A DNA stretch of 64,000 nucleotides. It comes from an uncultured Acidimicrobiaceae bacterium. GTDB lineage: Bacteria > Actinomycetota > Acidimicrobiia > Acidimicrobiales > Bog-793. The notes under the pieces are model-generated. The model was not told where the DNA came from. It worked only from the letters and a program-made list of their open reading frames with translations, and did not search any database. Positions 53,824 to 62,404 of this stretch are shown one piece after another (within the stretch, counting starts at the first letter, position 1; the number at the start of each line of letters is the position of its first letter). The position numbers and the translations under genes were made by a program. The stretch is from the NCBI GenBank assembly GCA_963804765.1, contig CAWDRQ010000026.1:39623-103622 (forward strand). The letters are read 5' to 3'.

Positions 53824-55203
53824 TCAGCGCAGCGCCGTGCGAGCCGCCCCTACGACGTAGAGAGAGCCCGTCACCAATACGAGGTCGTCCCGGCCCGCGA
53901 GCTCGAGTGCCCGGTCCACTGCCTCGGCAGCCGTCCCGGATTCCTCGGCGGCGAGCCCGAGAGCCTGGGCTGCGTCGACGACGCTCTCGGGCTCCTGAGC
54001 TCGCGGGGACGGAGGGCGACAGGCCACAACCGTGGCGATGCGTTCAGGTCCCAGCGCGGACAGCAGATCTCCGGGATCGCGACCGCGAAGACAACCCATC
54101 ACTACGATTACCCGCCTCGCGGCAGCGAAGTCTTCCCTCAGCGCCCAGCCGGCCGCGGCCGCTCCGGCCGGGTTATGAGCCCCGTCAAGCACGACGAGCG
54201 GATGGCGGCGCACGACCTCGAGACGCCCCGGCACCCTGACCGCGGCGAGCGCGTCGCAGACGATGTCCTCTTCGATCGTCGTCCCGAGGAAGGCCTGCGC
54301 GGCAGCGACGGCGCACGCGGCATTGTCGGCCTGGTGCGCGCCGTGAAGTGGCAGGTGCACGTCGGAGAACCGCCCGAGCGGCGTCCACAGGTCGATCAGG
54401 CGCCCGCCGACCGCGAGCCGATTGGAGCTGCAACCGAATTCCGCCCCCCGCCGCCAGATCGCCCGCGCCCCGACGAGTTCGGCCTCGGCCTCGAAAATCG
54501 CGGACACGGCAGGCGCCTCGTCGCCCAGCACGACAAGCGAGCCGCTCTTTATGATCCCGGCCTTCTCGGCCGCGATCGACTCCCTCGAGGTTCCGAGGAT
54601 CTGGGTGTGGTCGAGCTCGACGTTGGTCACCACCGCGACGTCGGCGTGGCCGACGTTCGTCGCGTCGAAGCGACCTCCGAGGCCGACCTCTACTACGACC
54701 GCTTCCGCGGCCATGTCGGCGAACCAGGCGTAAGCGGCCGCCGTCACGAGCTCGAACCAGGTCGCTCGGATGCCCAGGAAGCGCTCGACCTCCGCCACCG
54801 TCCCGAAAACCTTCACGAGGGAATCGTCAGTGATCTCGACACCGGCGAACTGAAGCCTCTCGTTGATCCGCTCCAGGTGTGGGCTCAGGTACGTGCCTAC
54901 TGACAACCCACAGGCCTGAAGAATCGCGGCAGTCATCCGAGACGTCGAACCCTTGCCGTTGGTCCCGGTGACGTGAACCATGGGGCACGTCGCCTGTGGG
55001 TCGCCGAGTGCGCCCACCAGCGCGCTGATGCGTTCGAGGCTGGGCAGGCCTAGACGCCCGGCCCGGCCCGATTCGATCGCTTCGAGGTTGACGTGCCGGT
55101 CGAGCCACGCCAGCGTCTCACCGAGAGAGGGAGGCCCCGCACCCGGCACCGGGAGCAAGGGAGGCTCGGCGGGAAATCCGAACTGGCTGTCAGATTGGGA
55201 CAC
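53824..55203 (-). CDS. folC: Folylpolyglutamate synthase/dihydrofolate synthase
   Basis: HVTGTNGKGST, SPHL, EVGLGGRFDATN, EKAGIIK, PGRLE, LDGAHNP, TGSLY. Confidence 0.95.
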   Translation of the reverse strand: MSQSDSQFGFPAEPPLLPVPGAGPPSLGETLAWLDRHVNLEAIESGRAGRLGLPSLERISALVGALGDPQATCPMVHVTGTNGKGSTSRMTAAILQACGLSVGTYLSPHLERINERLQFAGVEITDDSLVKVFGTVAEVERFLGIRATWFELVTAAAYAWFADMAAEAVVVEVGLGGRFDATNVGHADVAVVTNVELDHTQILGTSRESIAAEKAGIIKSGSLVVLGDEAPAVSAIFEAEAELVGARAIWRRGAEFGCSSNRLAVGGRLIDLWTPLGRFSDVHLPLHGAHQADNAACAVAAAQAFLGTTIEEDIVCDALAAVRVPGRLEVVRRHPLVVLDGAHNPAGAAAAGWALREDFAAARRVIVVMGCLRGRDPGDLLSALGPERIATVVACRPPSPRAQEPESVVDAAQALGLAAEESGTAAEAVDRALELAGRDDLVLVTGSLYVVGAARTALR

Positions 55204-55234
55204 GCCTCGAGAAAGCTGAGGAGCGCGGGCCGGC

Positions 55235-56512
55235 TCAGGAGGCCGCGCGACGTGGGCGCTCGGACTTCTCCTGGCCGGTGACACGAGGGACCAGGCTCGG
55301 CGCGACCCGTTGTAGCACCACGGACTTGTCGACCACGCAGCGCCCGATGTCCTCGCGGCTCGGCAGGTCGTACATGACCTCGAGAAGGACCTCCTCGAGG
55401 ATGGCACGCAGGCCCCTGGCGCCCGTGCCTCGCAGCATCGCTTGTTGCGCGACGGCTTCCAGGGCGTCTTCAGTCAGCTCGAGCTCGACGTTGTCAAGCT
55501 CGAACACGCGGCGGAACTGCTTCACCAGGGCGTTCTTGGGTTCGACGAGAATGCGGACGAGCGCCTCCTCGTCAAGACTGCGAACTGCCCCGATGACCGG
55601 GAGGCGACCGACGAACTCGGGGATGAGGCCGAACTTGAGCAGGTCCTCGGGGAGGACCTGCATGAGGACCTCGCCCTCCTCGCGGTGCTTGCTGTGACGC
55701 ACGTCCGCGCGAAATCCGATGCCGGCACGGCCGATGCGGTTCTCGATGATCTTGTCCAAGCCGGCAAATGCGCCGCCACAGACGAACAGGATGTTCGTCG
55801 TGTCGATCTGGATGAACTCCTGGTGCGGGTGCTTGCGACCACCTTGGGGTGGAACCGAGGCGGTTGTGCCCTCGAGGATCTTGAGCAACGCCTGTTGGAC
55901 ACCTTCCCCCGAAACGTCTCTCGTGATCGAGGGGTTCTCGCTCTTTCGGGCGATCTTGTCGATCTCGTCTATGTAGATGATCCCGGTCTCGGCCTTCTTG
56001 ACGTCGTAGTCAGCAGCCTGGATCAGCTTGAGCAGGATGTTCTCCACGTCCTCACCGACGTAGCCGGCTTCGGTGAGCGCCGTCGCGTCCGCGATCGCAA
56101 ACGGAACATTCAACATGCGCGCCAGGGTCTGGGCCAGGAGAGTCTTGCCGCAACCGGTCGGACCGAGAAGGAGGATGTTGGACTTCGCGATCTCGACGTC
56201 GCCGTCGCGATACACGCCGGCCTGCACCCGCTTGTAGTGGTTGTAGACCGCTACGGAGAGGATCTTCTTGGCCTGCTCCTGACCGACCACATAGTCGTTC
56301 AGGAAGTCGAAGATCTCCCTGGGCTTGGGCAGGTCCTCGAAACGGACCTCTGTCGGCTCAGACAGCTCCTCTTCGATGATGTCGTTGCACAGCTCGATGC
56401 ACTCGTCACATATGTAGACACCTGGTCCGGCGATCAGTTTCTTGACCTGCTTCTGCGACTTGCCACAGAAGCTGCACTTGACTAGTTCTCCACCCTCCCC
56501 GAACTTGGCCAC
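55235..56512 (-). CDS. clpX: Clp protease ATP-binding subunit ClpX
   Basis: CSFCGK zinc finger, [21 protein letters not shown] loop, TGARGLR. Confidence 0.98.
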   Translation of the reverse strand: MAKFGEGGELVKCSFCGKSQKQVKKLIAGPGVYICDECIELCNDIIEEELSEPTEVRFEDLPKPREIFDFLNDYVVGQEQAKKILSVAVYNHYKRVQAGVYRDGDVEIAKSNILLLGPTGCGKTLLAQTLARMLNVPFAIADATALTEAGYVGEDVENILLKLIQAADYDVKKAETGIIYIDEIDKIARKSENPSITRDVSGEGVQQALLKILEGTTASVPPQGGRKHPHQEFIQIDTTNILFVCGGAFAGLDKIIENRIGRAGIGFRADVRHSKHREEGEVLMQVLPEDLLKFGLIPEFVGRLPVIGAVRSLDEEALVRILVEPKNALVKQFRRVFELDNVELELTEDALEAVAQQAMLRGTGARGLRAILEEVLLEVMYDLPSREDIGRCVVDKSVVLQRVAPSLVPRVTGQEKSERPRRAAS

Positions 56513-56527
56513 ATCGTCTCCCGTAGC

Positions 56528-57157
56528 TCAGGCTGCGCCGACGGTCGCCGTGACTCCGACGACCTCCCGATTGGTGATGACCTCGTCGATAATGCCGTAT
56601 TCCTTGGCCTCTTCGGCGTCCATGATGAAGTCCCTGTCCGTGTCCTTCTGGAGCCTTTCAGCCGACTGACCGGTGTCGTTGGCGAGCATCTGGTTCAAGA
56701 GATCCCGCATCCTGAGGATCTCCTTGGCCTGCAGCTCGATGTCGCTCGCCTGCCCACCACCTCCGCCATAGGGCTGATGGAGCAGGATCCTGGCATGTGG
56801 AAGCGCGAATCTCTTACCTTTGGTACCCGCGGCCAGGAGCACGGCTGCCGCCGACGCGGCCTGTCCAAAACAAAAAGTCGACTTGTCGGGTCGCACGTAC
56901 TTCAGTGTGTCGTAGATCGCGAACAGCGCGGTTATGTCGCCACCGGGTGAGTTGATGTAGATGTTGATGTCCTTCTCGGGATCCTCCGACTCGAGAAACA
57001 ACATCTGAGCGCACACCAAGTTCGCGATCGTGTCGTCGATCGGAGTGCCTATGAATATGATCCGCTCGCGAAGCAGCCGGGAGAAGAGGTCATAGGCACG
57101 TTCACCTCTCGGCGACTGCTCGACCACCGTGGGGACGAGATAGTCGTGCGCGGCCAA
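56528..57157 (-). CDS. clpP: Clp protease proteolytic subunit
   Basis: [34 protein letters not shown]. Confidence 0.96.
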   Translation of the reverse strand: MAAHDYLVPTVVEQSPRGERAYDLFSRLLRERIIFIGTPIDDTIANLVCAQMLFLESEDPEKDINIYINSPGGDITALFAIYDTLKYVRPDKSTFCFGQAASAAAVLLAAGTKGKRFALPHARILLHQPYGGGGGQASDIELQAKEILRMRDLLNQMLANDTGQSAERLQKDTDRDFIMDAEEAKEYGIIDEVITNREVVGVTATVGAA

Positions 57158-57160
57158 AGC

Positions 57161-58621
57161 TCAGCCCTCCTTGCCCACTGCCGAGTCGACCGCAGTTTCG
57201 TCCACGGCCTCTACCTCCCCGGCCGCAGAGTCAGCGACTCGCTCTTCGGTGGCCACGACATCCCCGCCTGTCACCTCGGCGTGCGCGCCAGCCGCAGTCT
57301 CTTCCTCGGAGCCCACTGCTTCGAGGAGCAACGTCCTATCCATCGGGGCCCCTTGCTCATCAACGATGTCGACGGAGTCGACCAACCATGCGACCGCCTT
57401 CTCGTTCCTGACATCCGAGCGTAGCTGCTCGAGACCACCGGTCCTGGCGAGTCGGGTCGCGAGGCTTCGGGCGTCCTGGTTGGTCTGGGATGCGAGACGT
57501 TCGATCTGAGCTGCAAGATCCTGGTCGTCGACATCGATTCCTTCGGCGTCCGCGAGAGCACGCAGAGCAAGGTCGGCGCGGACCTGGGAGCCCGCCTGGC
57601 GCTCGAACTCTGCTTCGAGCTCGTTGGGGTCCTGACCGGAGGCCTCGAGATACTGCTCGATCGTCAGGCCGCGTTCAGCGAGACGGTGGGCGAGGGCCTC
57701 GCGGGCTCGTTCCGCCTCGGCGGCAACGAGTGTCGCCGGCATCTCCTCGGAAACGAGCTCTGTCAAGGCCTCGACCGCACGCTCGCGAAGAATCAGGCGG
57801 GCCTCGAGCTTCTTCAAGCTGGTGAGGCCCACCGCCAGGTGGCTGCGCAACTCCTCGAGCGTGTCGAACTCCGAAGCATCTGAGGCCCACTCGTCGTTCG
57901 CCTCGGGCAGAACCTTCTCGCGTACCTGCTTCACGAGAATTCGCAGCTTGCCGGCGCCTCCCTGCAAATGGGGGGCGTCGATCTCGACGATGTCGCCGGC
58001 CTTCTTGCCGCGTAGCTCGTCATCGGCGCCTTCTGCGATACCGCCTGTACCCACCTCGTACACGAAATCGTCGGTGCTGAGCCCGTCGGCAACCTTGCCG
58101 TCGCGCACACCGTGCACATCGACGGTCACCAGATCGCCATCTCGGGCCGATCGTTCGACTTCGCTGAGCTCGGCGAATTGTTCCCGGAGCCGGTCGACGC
58201 GAGCGGCAATCTCGAGATCGGTCGGCTCGACAGACGGGACCGTGACGACAAGACCCTCGTAACCGGCGACCGAGACCTTCGGGCGCACCTCCACGACAGC
58301 GTCGAAGGCGAGGGCTCCGGCGTCCTCACCGGACGTGATGTCGATCTCCGGCGCTGCGATCGTGTCAATAGCCGCCTCTTCGACGGCCTGGGCGTAGTAG
58401 TCCGGGAGGGCGTGCCGGATCACCTCGGCCCTGATCGCCTGCGCGCCGAGCCGAACCTCGAGGAGCCGGCGAGGCACCTTGCCCGGCCGGAAGCCGGGCA
58501 CGGCGACCTCTTTCTGGAGCCGGCGCATGGTCTCGTCGACTGCGCCTCGGAGTTCCTCCTCGTCGACCTCGACGCTGAGCTTGACTCGGTTGCCCTCGAG
58601 GGCCTCAGAAGTGGAACGCAT
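57161..58621 (-). CDS. tig: Trigger factor
   Basis: PGFRPGKVP signature; upstream of clpP-clpX. Confidence 0.93.
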   Translation of the reverse strand: MRSTSEALEGNRVKLSVEVDEEELRGAVDETMRRLQKEVAVPGFRPGKVPRRLLEVRLGAQAIRAEVIRHALPDYYAQAVEEAAIDTIAAPEIDITSGEDAGALAFDAVVEVRPKVSVAGYEGLVVTVPSVEPTDLEIAARVDRLREQFAELSEVERSARDGDLVTVDVHGVRDGKVADGLSTDDFVYEVGTGGIAEGADDELRGKKAGDIVEIDAPHLQGGAGKLRILVKQVREKVLPEANDEWASDASEFDTLEELRSHLAVGLTSLKKLEARLILRERAVEALTELVSEEMPATLVAAEAERAREALAHRLAERGLTIEQYLEASGQDPNELEAEFERQAGSQVRADLALRALADAEGIDVDDQDLAAQIERLASQTNQDARSLATRLARTGGLEQLRSDVRNEKAVAWLVDSVDIVDEQGAPMDRTLLLEAVGSEEETAAGAHAEVTGGDVVATEERVADSAAGEVEAVDETAVDSAVGKEG

Positions 58622-58747
58622 AGGTCGTGCGTACTCTACCGGGCGCACGGAGTGACGCCCGCCACCCACGTTCGAGGAGCACACCGGGCTTTCGCTTCCA
58701 GGAGCGGCCCTGTGCCTCTACGATCGCGAGGTCGCCGTGCGAGGCGA

Positions 58748-58821
58748 CGGGGAGTAGCGCAGCTTGGCAGCGCGCCTGCTTTGGGAGCAGGAGGTCGCGG
58801 GTTCAAATCCCGCCTCCCCGA
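58748..58821 (+). tRNA. tRNA-Pro(TGG)
   Basis: CGGGGAG acceptor stem pairing with CTCCCCG, anticodon arm CCTGC-TTTGGGA-GCAGG, GGTTCAAATCC T-arm. Confidence 0.95.
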
Positions 58822-58891
58822 CGTCCTGGGGTCATCGCGGGCCTTTCCAGACTGGGCACCCGGTGACCGCGAGATAGCCTCAGGATGCGTC

Positions 58892-58964
<73 letters not shown>

Positions 58965-58965
<1 letters not shown>

Positions 58966-58990
58966 CGGGTCAGCGACACAACTGACCCGT
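58965..58990 (+). terminator. Hairpin directly after tRNA-Gly (terminator-like)
   Basis: ACGGGTCAG-CGACACAA-CTGACCCGT, perfect 9-bp stem, weak U-tail. Confidence 0.5.
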
Positions 58991-59005
58991 TCTCAACGAC
59001 AGAAC

Positions 59006-59135
59006 TCACGCCGAGTTGGCTGACATTTGGACGTAAACGTAAGCCTGCAGCCTCTGCTCCAACTTCGGGTCCACACTCAGGAACTGCCCAGTCGCCGGGT
59101 CGTAGTCGCGCCCTATGAGGTAGATCGAACCCAGC
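59006..59135 (-). pseudogene. RHS repeat-associated core remnant
   Basis: GSIYLIGRDYDPATGQFLSVDP...AYVY matches the RHS core-end motif; no YD repeats or toxin tip present. Confidence 0.7.
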
Positions 59136-59210
59136 GGATGGGTATGTGGGTCTCCGGAGCGATAGTTCAGGCAGGTGATCCGGCTACGGACTGGCAAGGT
59201 TCATGCCTCG

Positions 59211-59920
59211 TCAGACACCGAGGCCAGTGTCGTGACCTCGATCGTTGGTGATGCCTCGCGATCGCTGGTGCTCTCGGGCTAGCTGAAGTGCCCGCGCCCG
59301 CCACGCCTCGACAAGTCGACTCAACTCCTCGTACTGAAGATCGTCAAGCTGAAACTCCGCTCTTCCGAGCCGACCGAATCGGTCCATCATCTCGGCAAAT
59401 ACCGTGGGCTCGAACCCTCGATCCTTCTCGCCTGCGAGTTCGAACAGCCGGTCAAGACCGAATCGGTCTTCAAGTGCCTCCAGGTCTACGAAGTCCCTGG
59501 CCTCCGCTCGGCCGAACACCGCGAGCAACTTGTCAGCGGCTAGCTCCTCTGCAGACAGGATCTGAAAGCCTGGACCTCGATCCGCTGGAAAGAGTCTGGC
59601 GTCGCTGGCCAGATCCAGCTCGGTCCGATCGTCCTCATCCTCGATGACAAAGCGTGCAAAACCGGGCCCTTCCTGTACCCGCTTGACCTGCAGGCCCGCT
59701 TCTCGAAGAGCCTGTTCAGCTACGGGAACGAGGCGGTCGACCGCAGCAGCGCTGAGTCCGAAGAAGTCGAGGTCCCGAGTCTTGCGATCGATGTCGCCAC
59801 GAACTATCAGTGCCCCACCGCCGGCGAGTGCGAAGTCTTCCGCCTCGCTAAGTCCGGCGATGAGTCTGGGCTAAGTCCGGCGATGAGTCTGGCTATCCGC
59901 TCCTGCAGCGGACTCAGCAC
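59211..59920 (-). pseudogene. AbiEii/MenT-like nucleotidyltransferase toxin disrupted by a 23-bp tandem duplication
   Basis: Removing one repeat copy gives 228 aa: MLSPLQERIARLIAGLSEAEDFALAGGGAL...RKTRDLDFF...ELAADKLLAVFGRAEARDFVDL. Confidence 0.85.
59847..59892. repeat. Exact 23-bp tandem duplication GCTAAGTCCGGCGATGAGTCTGG x2
   Basis: Copies at 59847-59869 and 59870-59892. Confidence 0.95.
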
Positions 59921-60255
59921 GCAAGGACCACCCCTCGGTGCCGTAGAAGCCAGTCTGCCCAGGCTCGCCTCACTGTCGGGGGCAGCACCAGTTCGTCGAA
60001 AAGCTCGACGAGCTGACCAACCTCGACGTAGAACCGAACGTCGTCCTCGGTGCCTTCGCGAAGAACCTGCTCATAGACACGGATGCGGTCGGCTCGCTGC
60101 CCGAGGTCGTAGGTGATCGACGGATCGCTCCATCGAACATGGAACGGTAGCTCGACGACGCCCGATGCCTTCATCACCGAGGGATCGTCGATATCCTCTG
60201 GGATCGCGACTGGGCGGGCGGCAGGTCCGAGCCATGGATTGCGAGTCCGCGCCAT
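59914..60255 (-). CDS. Putative antitoxin/partner of the AbiEii-like toxin
   Basis: 113 aa, VELPFHVRWS...YDL...RVYEQVLREG; stop overlaps toxin GTG; TACAAT 6 nt upstream of ATG. Confidence 0.65.
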   Translation of the reverse strand: MARTRNPWLGPAARPVAIPEDIDDPSVMKASGVVELPFHVRWSDPSITYDLGQRADRIRVYEQVLREGTEDDVRFYVEVGQLVELFDELVLPPTVRRAWADWLLRHRGVVLAC

Positions 60256-60597
60256 ATCTACATTGTACGGCCGAGTTCGCCCAGCTCATGAGGCTCGACA
60301 CGCTGACGTGAGATCGATAGATCACTGTGCGGTGAACTCTGGCGGCAACGCCCAGGAACTGCCCTTGCTGGGTCGTGGAGGCGCCCGACTACGAAGTCCA
60401 CCGCGAGGTCGTGTGGACCGTCCGTCATCGGCCGTGGCATGGGCGAATGCCCTTGAACCCCGGTGTCCAGGAGTGCGTTTGACGAAGTTCGCGCGGAAGC
60501 GCGTGCTCGGCAGTAGGCGCGCGCCGACGAGCGGTTCGCGTGGTGACCCCGCTGGCCATCCTCCAGATTCTCGCAGTTGGGTGCGCCGGGCGAGCGG

Positions 60598-61008
60598 TTA
60601 AGGAAGCAGCTCGAAGGAAGGAACGTGGGTCGGTCGCACGACGGTGAAGTGCCTGCGGTCCAAGGTGGCGATCTTGCTCGCGCCCAGCCGCTCGGCAATG
60701 GCCACTAGTGCCGCGTCGACGGTTCCGAGAGCGAGATCGGAGTAGGTCTCGACAAGCTCGGCGGCACGCTCGAGGTCGGCGTCGCCAACGTGTTCGATGG
60801 TGAGCTGTCCCAAAGCTCCGCAGGAACTCGGCTTCCACGCTCGTCCGGGCTCCTGTCGCCAGAAGGTAGGTAACCTCCGGGATCACAAGGTCTGGGACTA
60901 CCAGCGTCTCACGGACCTCTTCGAACCAGGCGACGCACTGACGATGGTCTGGATCATCGCGAAGAGCAGCCGCGACCAGAGGTCCGGTATCGACCACGAC
61001 AGGGCTCA
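60598..61008 (-). pseudogene. VapC/PIN-domain toxin, frameshifted, start degenerate; only a possible vapB tail upstream
   Basis: VVDTGPLVA..DPDH..C, VIPEV.YLL, then in another frame RAAELVETYSDLALGTVDA, IATLDRRHFTVVRP. Confidence 0.78.
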
Positions 61009-61172
61009 GACGAGCCCCTCAGCTTCTAGCAGGACGCGGCAACGTGATAGTCCCCTGGGATGACTGGGAATGGGGCTTTGTCCACGGGAAGCTCTCAGCC
61101 CTGCGTTGGGTAAGTCGGGAGCGAGTGGGACTTCCTGGGCACTTGACGGCGGTGGGAATCCGAGTGCCACGA

Positions 61173-61958
61173 TCACTTCTGGGGGAACAGTCCCCTGTAG
61201 AAGGAGCGCACCGCTAGGACGGCGTCGGCTCGGAGCTGAGCGTCAACGGACCCTGGATGGTCCACCGTCATCTGGGACGCGTAGGCCTGTGGCCCCTGGC
61301 TGTCCGGCGAATCGAAGTTCGCGAGAAGGTCGTCGAGAGCGGTCCGCATCGACCCGACCAGATCCTTTCGGAAGCGCTCACTTGTCCCGCGTGCGGCGTA
61401 TTCCGGACCGCCGAAATCGTTGTGCAGGAGAACGAAGGCGATGTCGTACCAGTCCTTCTCCGCGCGACGGCTGCGAGCCGCCGCCGCTTTTGCGATGAGG
61501 AAGCCGGCGATGCCGGCGACGTTCACCCCGACCTCGTAGTCGACTCCGCCGATGCGCGACCGAAGCGTCAGCAACGAGTAGTCCCGAGCTGCGAACCCCG
61601 TGCCCCGGACGTTCACAGCTCCGAGCACATCGCACTCGTCGAAATGCACAACGGCTCCCGCGGGTTCACCATCGAGGTCTGCCAGCAGCTCGAACTTCAC
61701 GACGGCGCTGTAGCCATCGGCCTCGGTCTGCCACCGCCAGACCCGACTCGGATCAGCCTCAGATTCTGCATTCACCAAGACGTGCTCAAGGCGGACCGTG
61801 TTGACGGCCCCAGCTGCAATCTCAAGGTCGACCTGGACGTCTACGTCCGTCGTCCCGGCGTGTCGCATGCCGCTCCTCGAACAGAACAACTCGGGTACGA
61901 GGCCGCCGAGGAGGACGAACTCGGGCGTAGCCCCATAGTCCTGCTCGCCTGCGACTTC
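61173..61958 (-). pseudogene. 5'-truncated nucleotidyltransferase-fold protein (type IV toxin-like)
   Basis: Open frame without credible start: PEFVLLGGLVP...HAGTTDVDV, KAAA...KDWYDI. Confidence 0.6.
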
Positions 61959-61972
61959 TTAAGCGTTGAACC

Positions 61973-62183
61973 GTGCAGCTACGCCGCCTCTACTTGATCT
62001 ACGGCATTAATGGCAGCGGTAAGTCGACATTCGCTTCTCTGCTCCGTGAGGCTGCTGGAGATACCTCGTGGAGTTCCGGTCTCGAGATCGACGTCAACGA
62101 TGCCGGGCAATTACGACGCGTCAATCAAGCGAGTGATCCGGTCTGGCAGGCACTCCGGGTGTTCAATCGGGATTACGTGAACG
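61973..62183 (+). pseudogene. N-terminal fragment of AAA_13/RloC-like ATPase
   Basis: LIYGINGSGKST Walker A and LRVFNRDYV, then similarity stops abruptly. Confidence 0.55.
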
Positions 62184-62188
62184 AAAAG

Positions 62189-62293
62189 GCGCATCTGAGC
62201 AGGTGGAATGAGGCCCGAGTCATCCACGTCGAGCAGCTCACCCGTGGTCGGGTTGAGGAGTTCCTCGTCGCGCGCCGTAAGGCGGTCTACACA
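62189..62293 (+). pseudogene. Fragment resembling the N-terminal region of a tyrosine integrase (RIT-element-like)
   Basis: AHLSRW...LTRGRVEEFLVARRKAVY resembles actinobacterial integrase N-termini; short match judged by eye. Confidence 0.4.
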
Positions 62294-62404
62294 CTGGCAG
62301 CGGTGCCAGGGCTCACCCCTCCTCGTCGGACCACCGCCAGCCCGTCGGTGCAGCGACGAGAGTACCCGGGCACGAGGCCGTCCCGCACAGAGCGCTCCTC
62401 CGCC

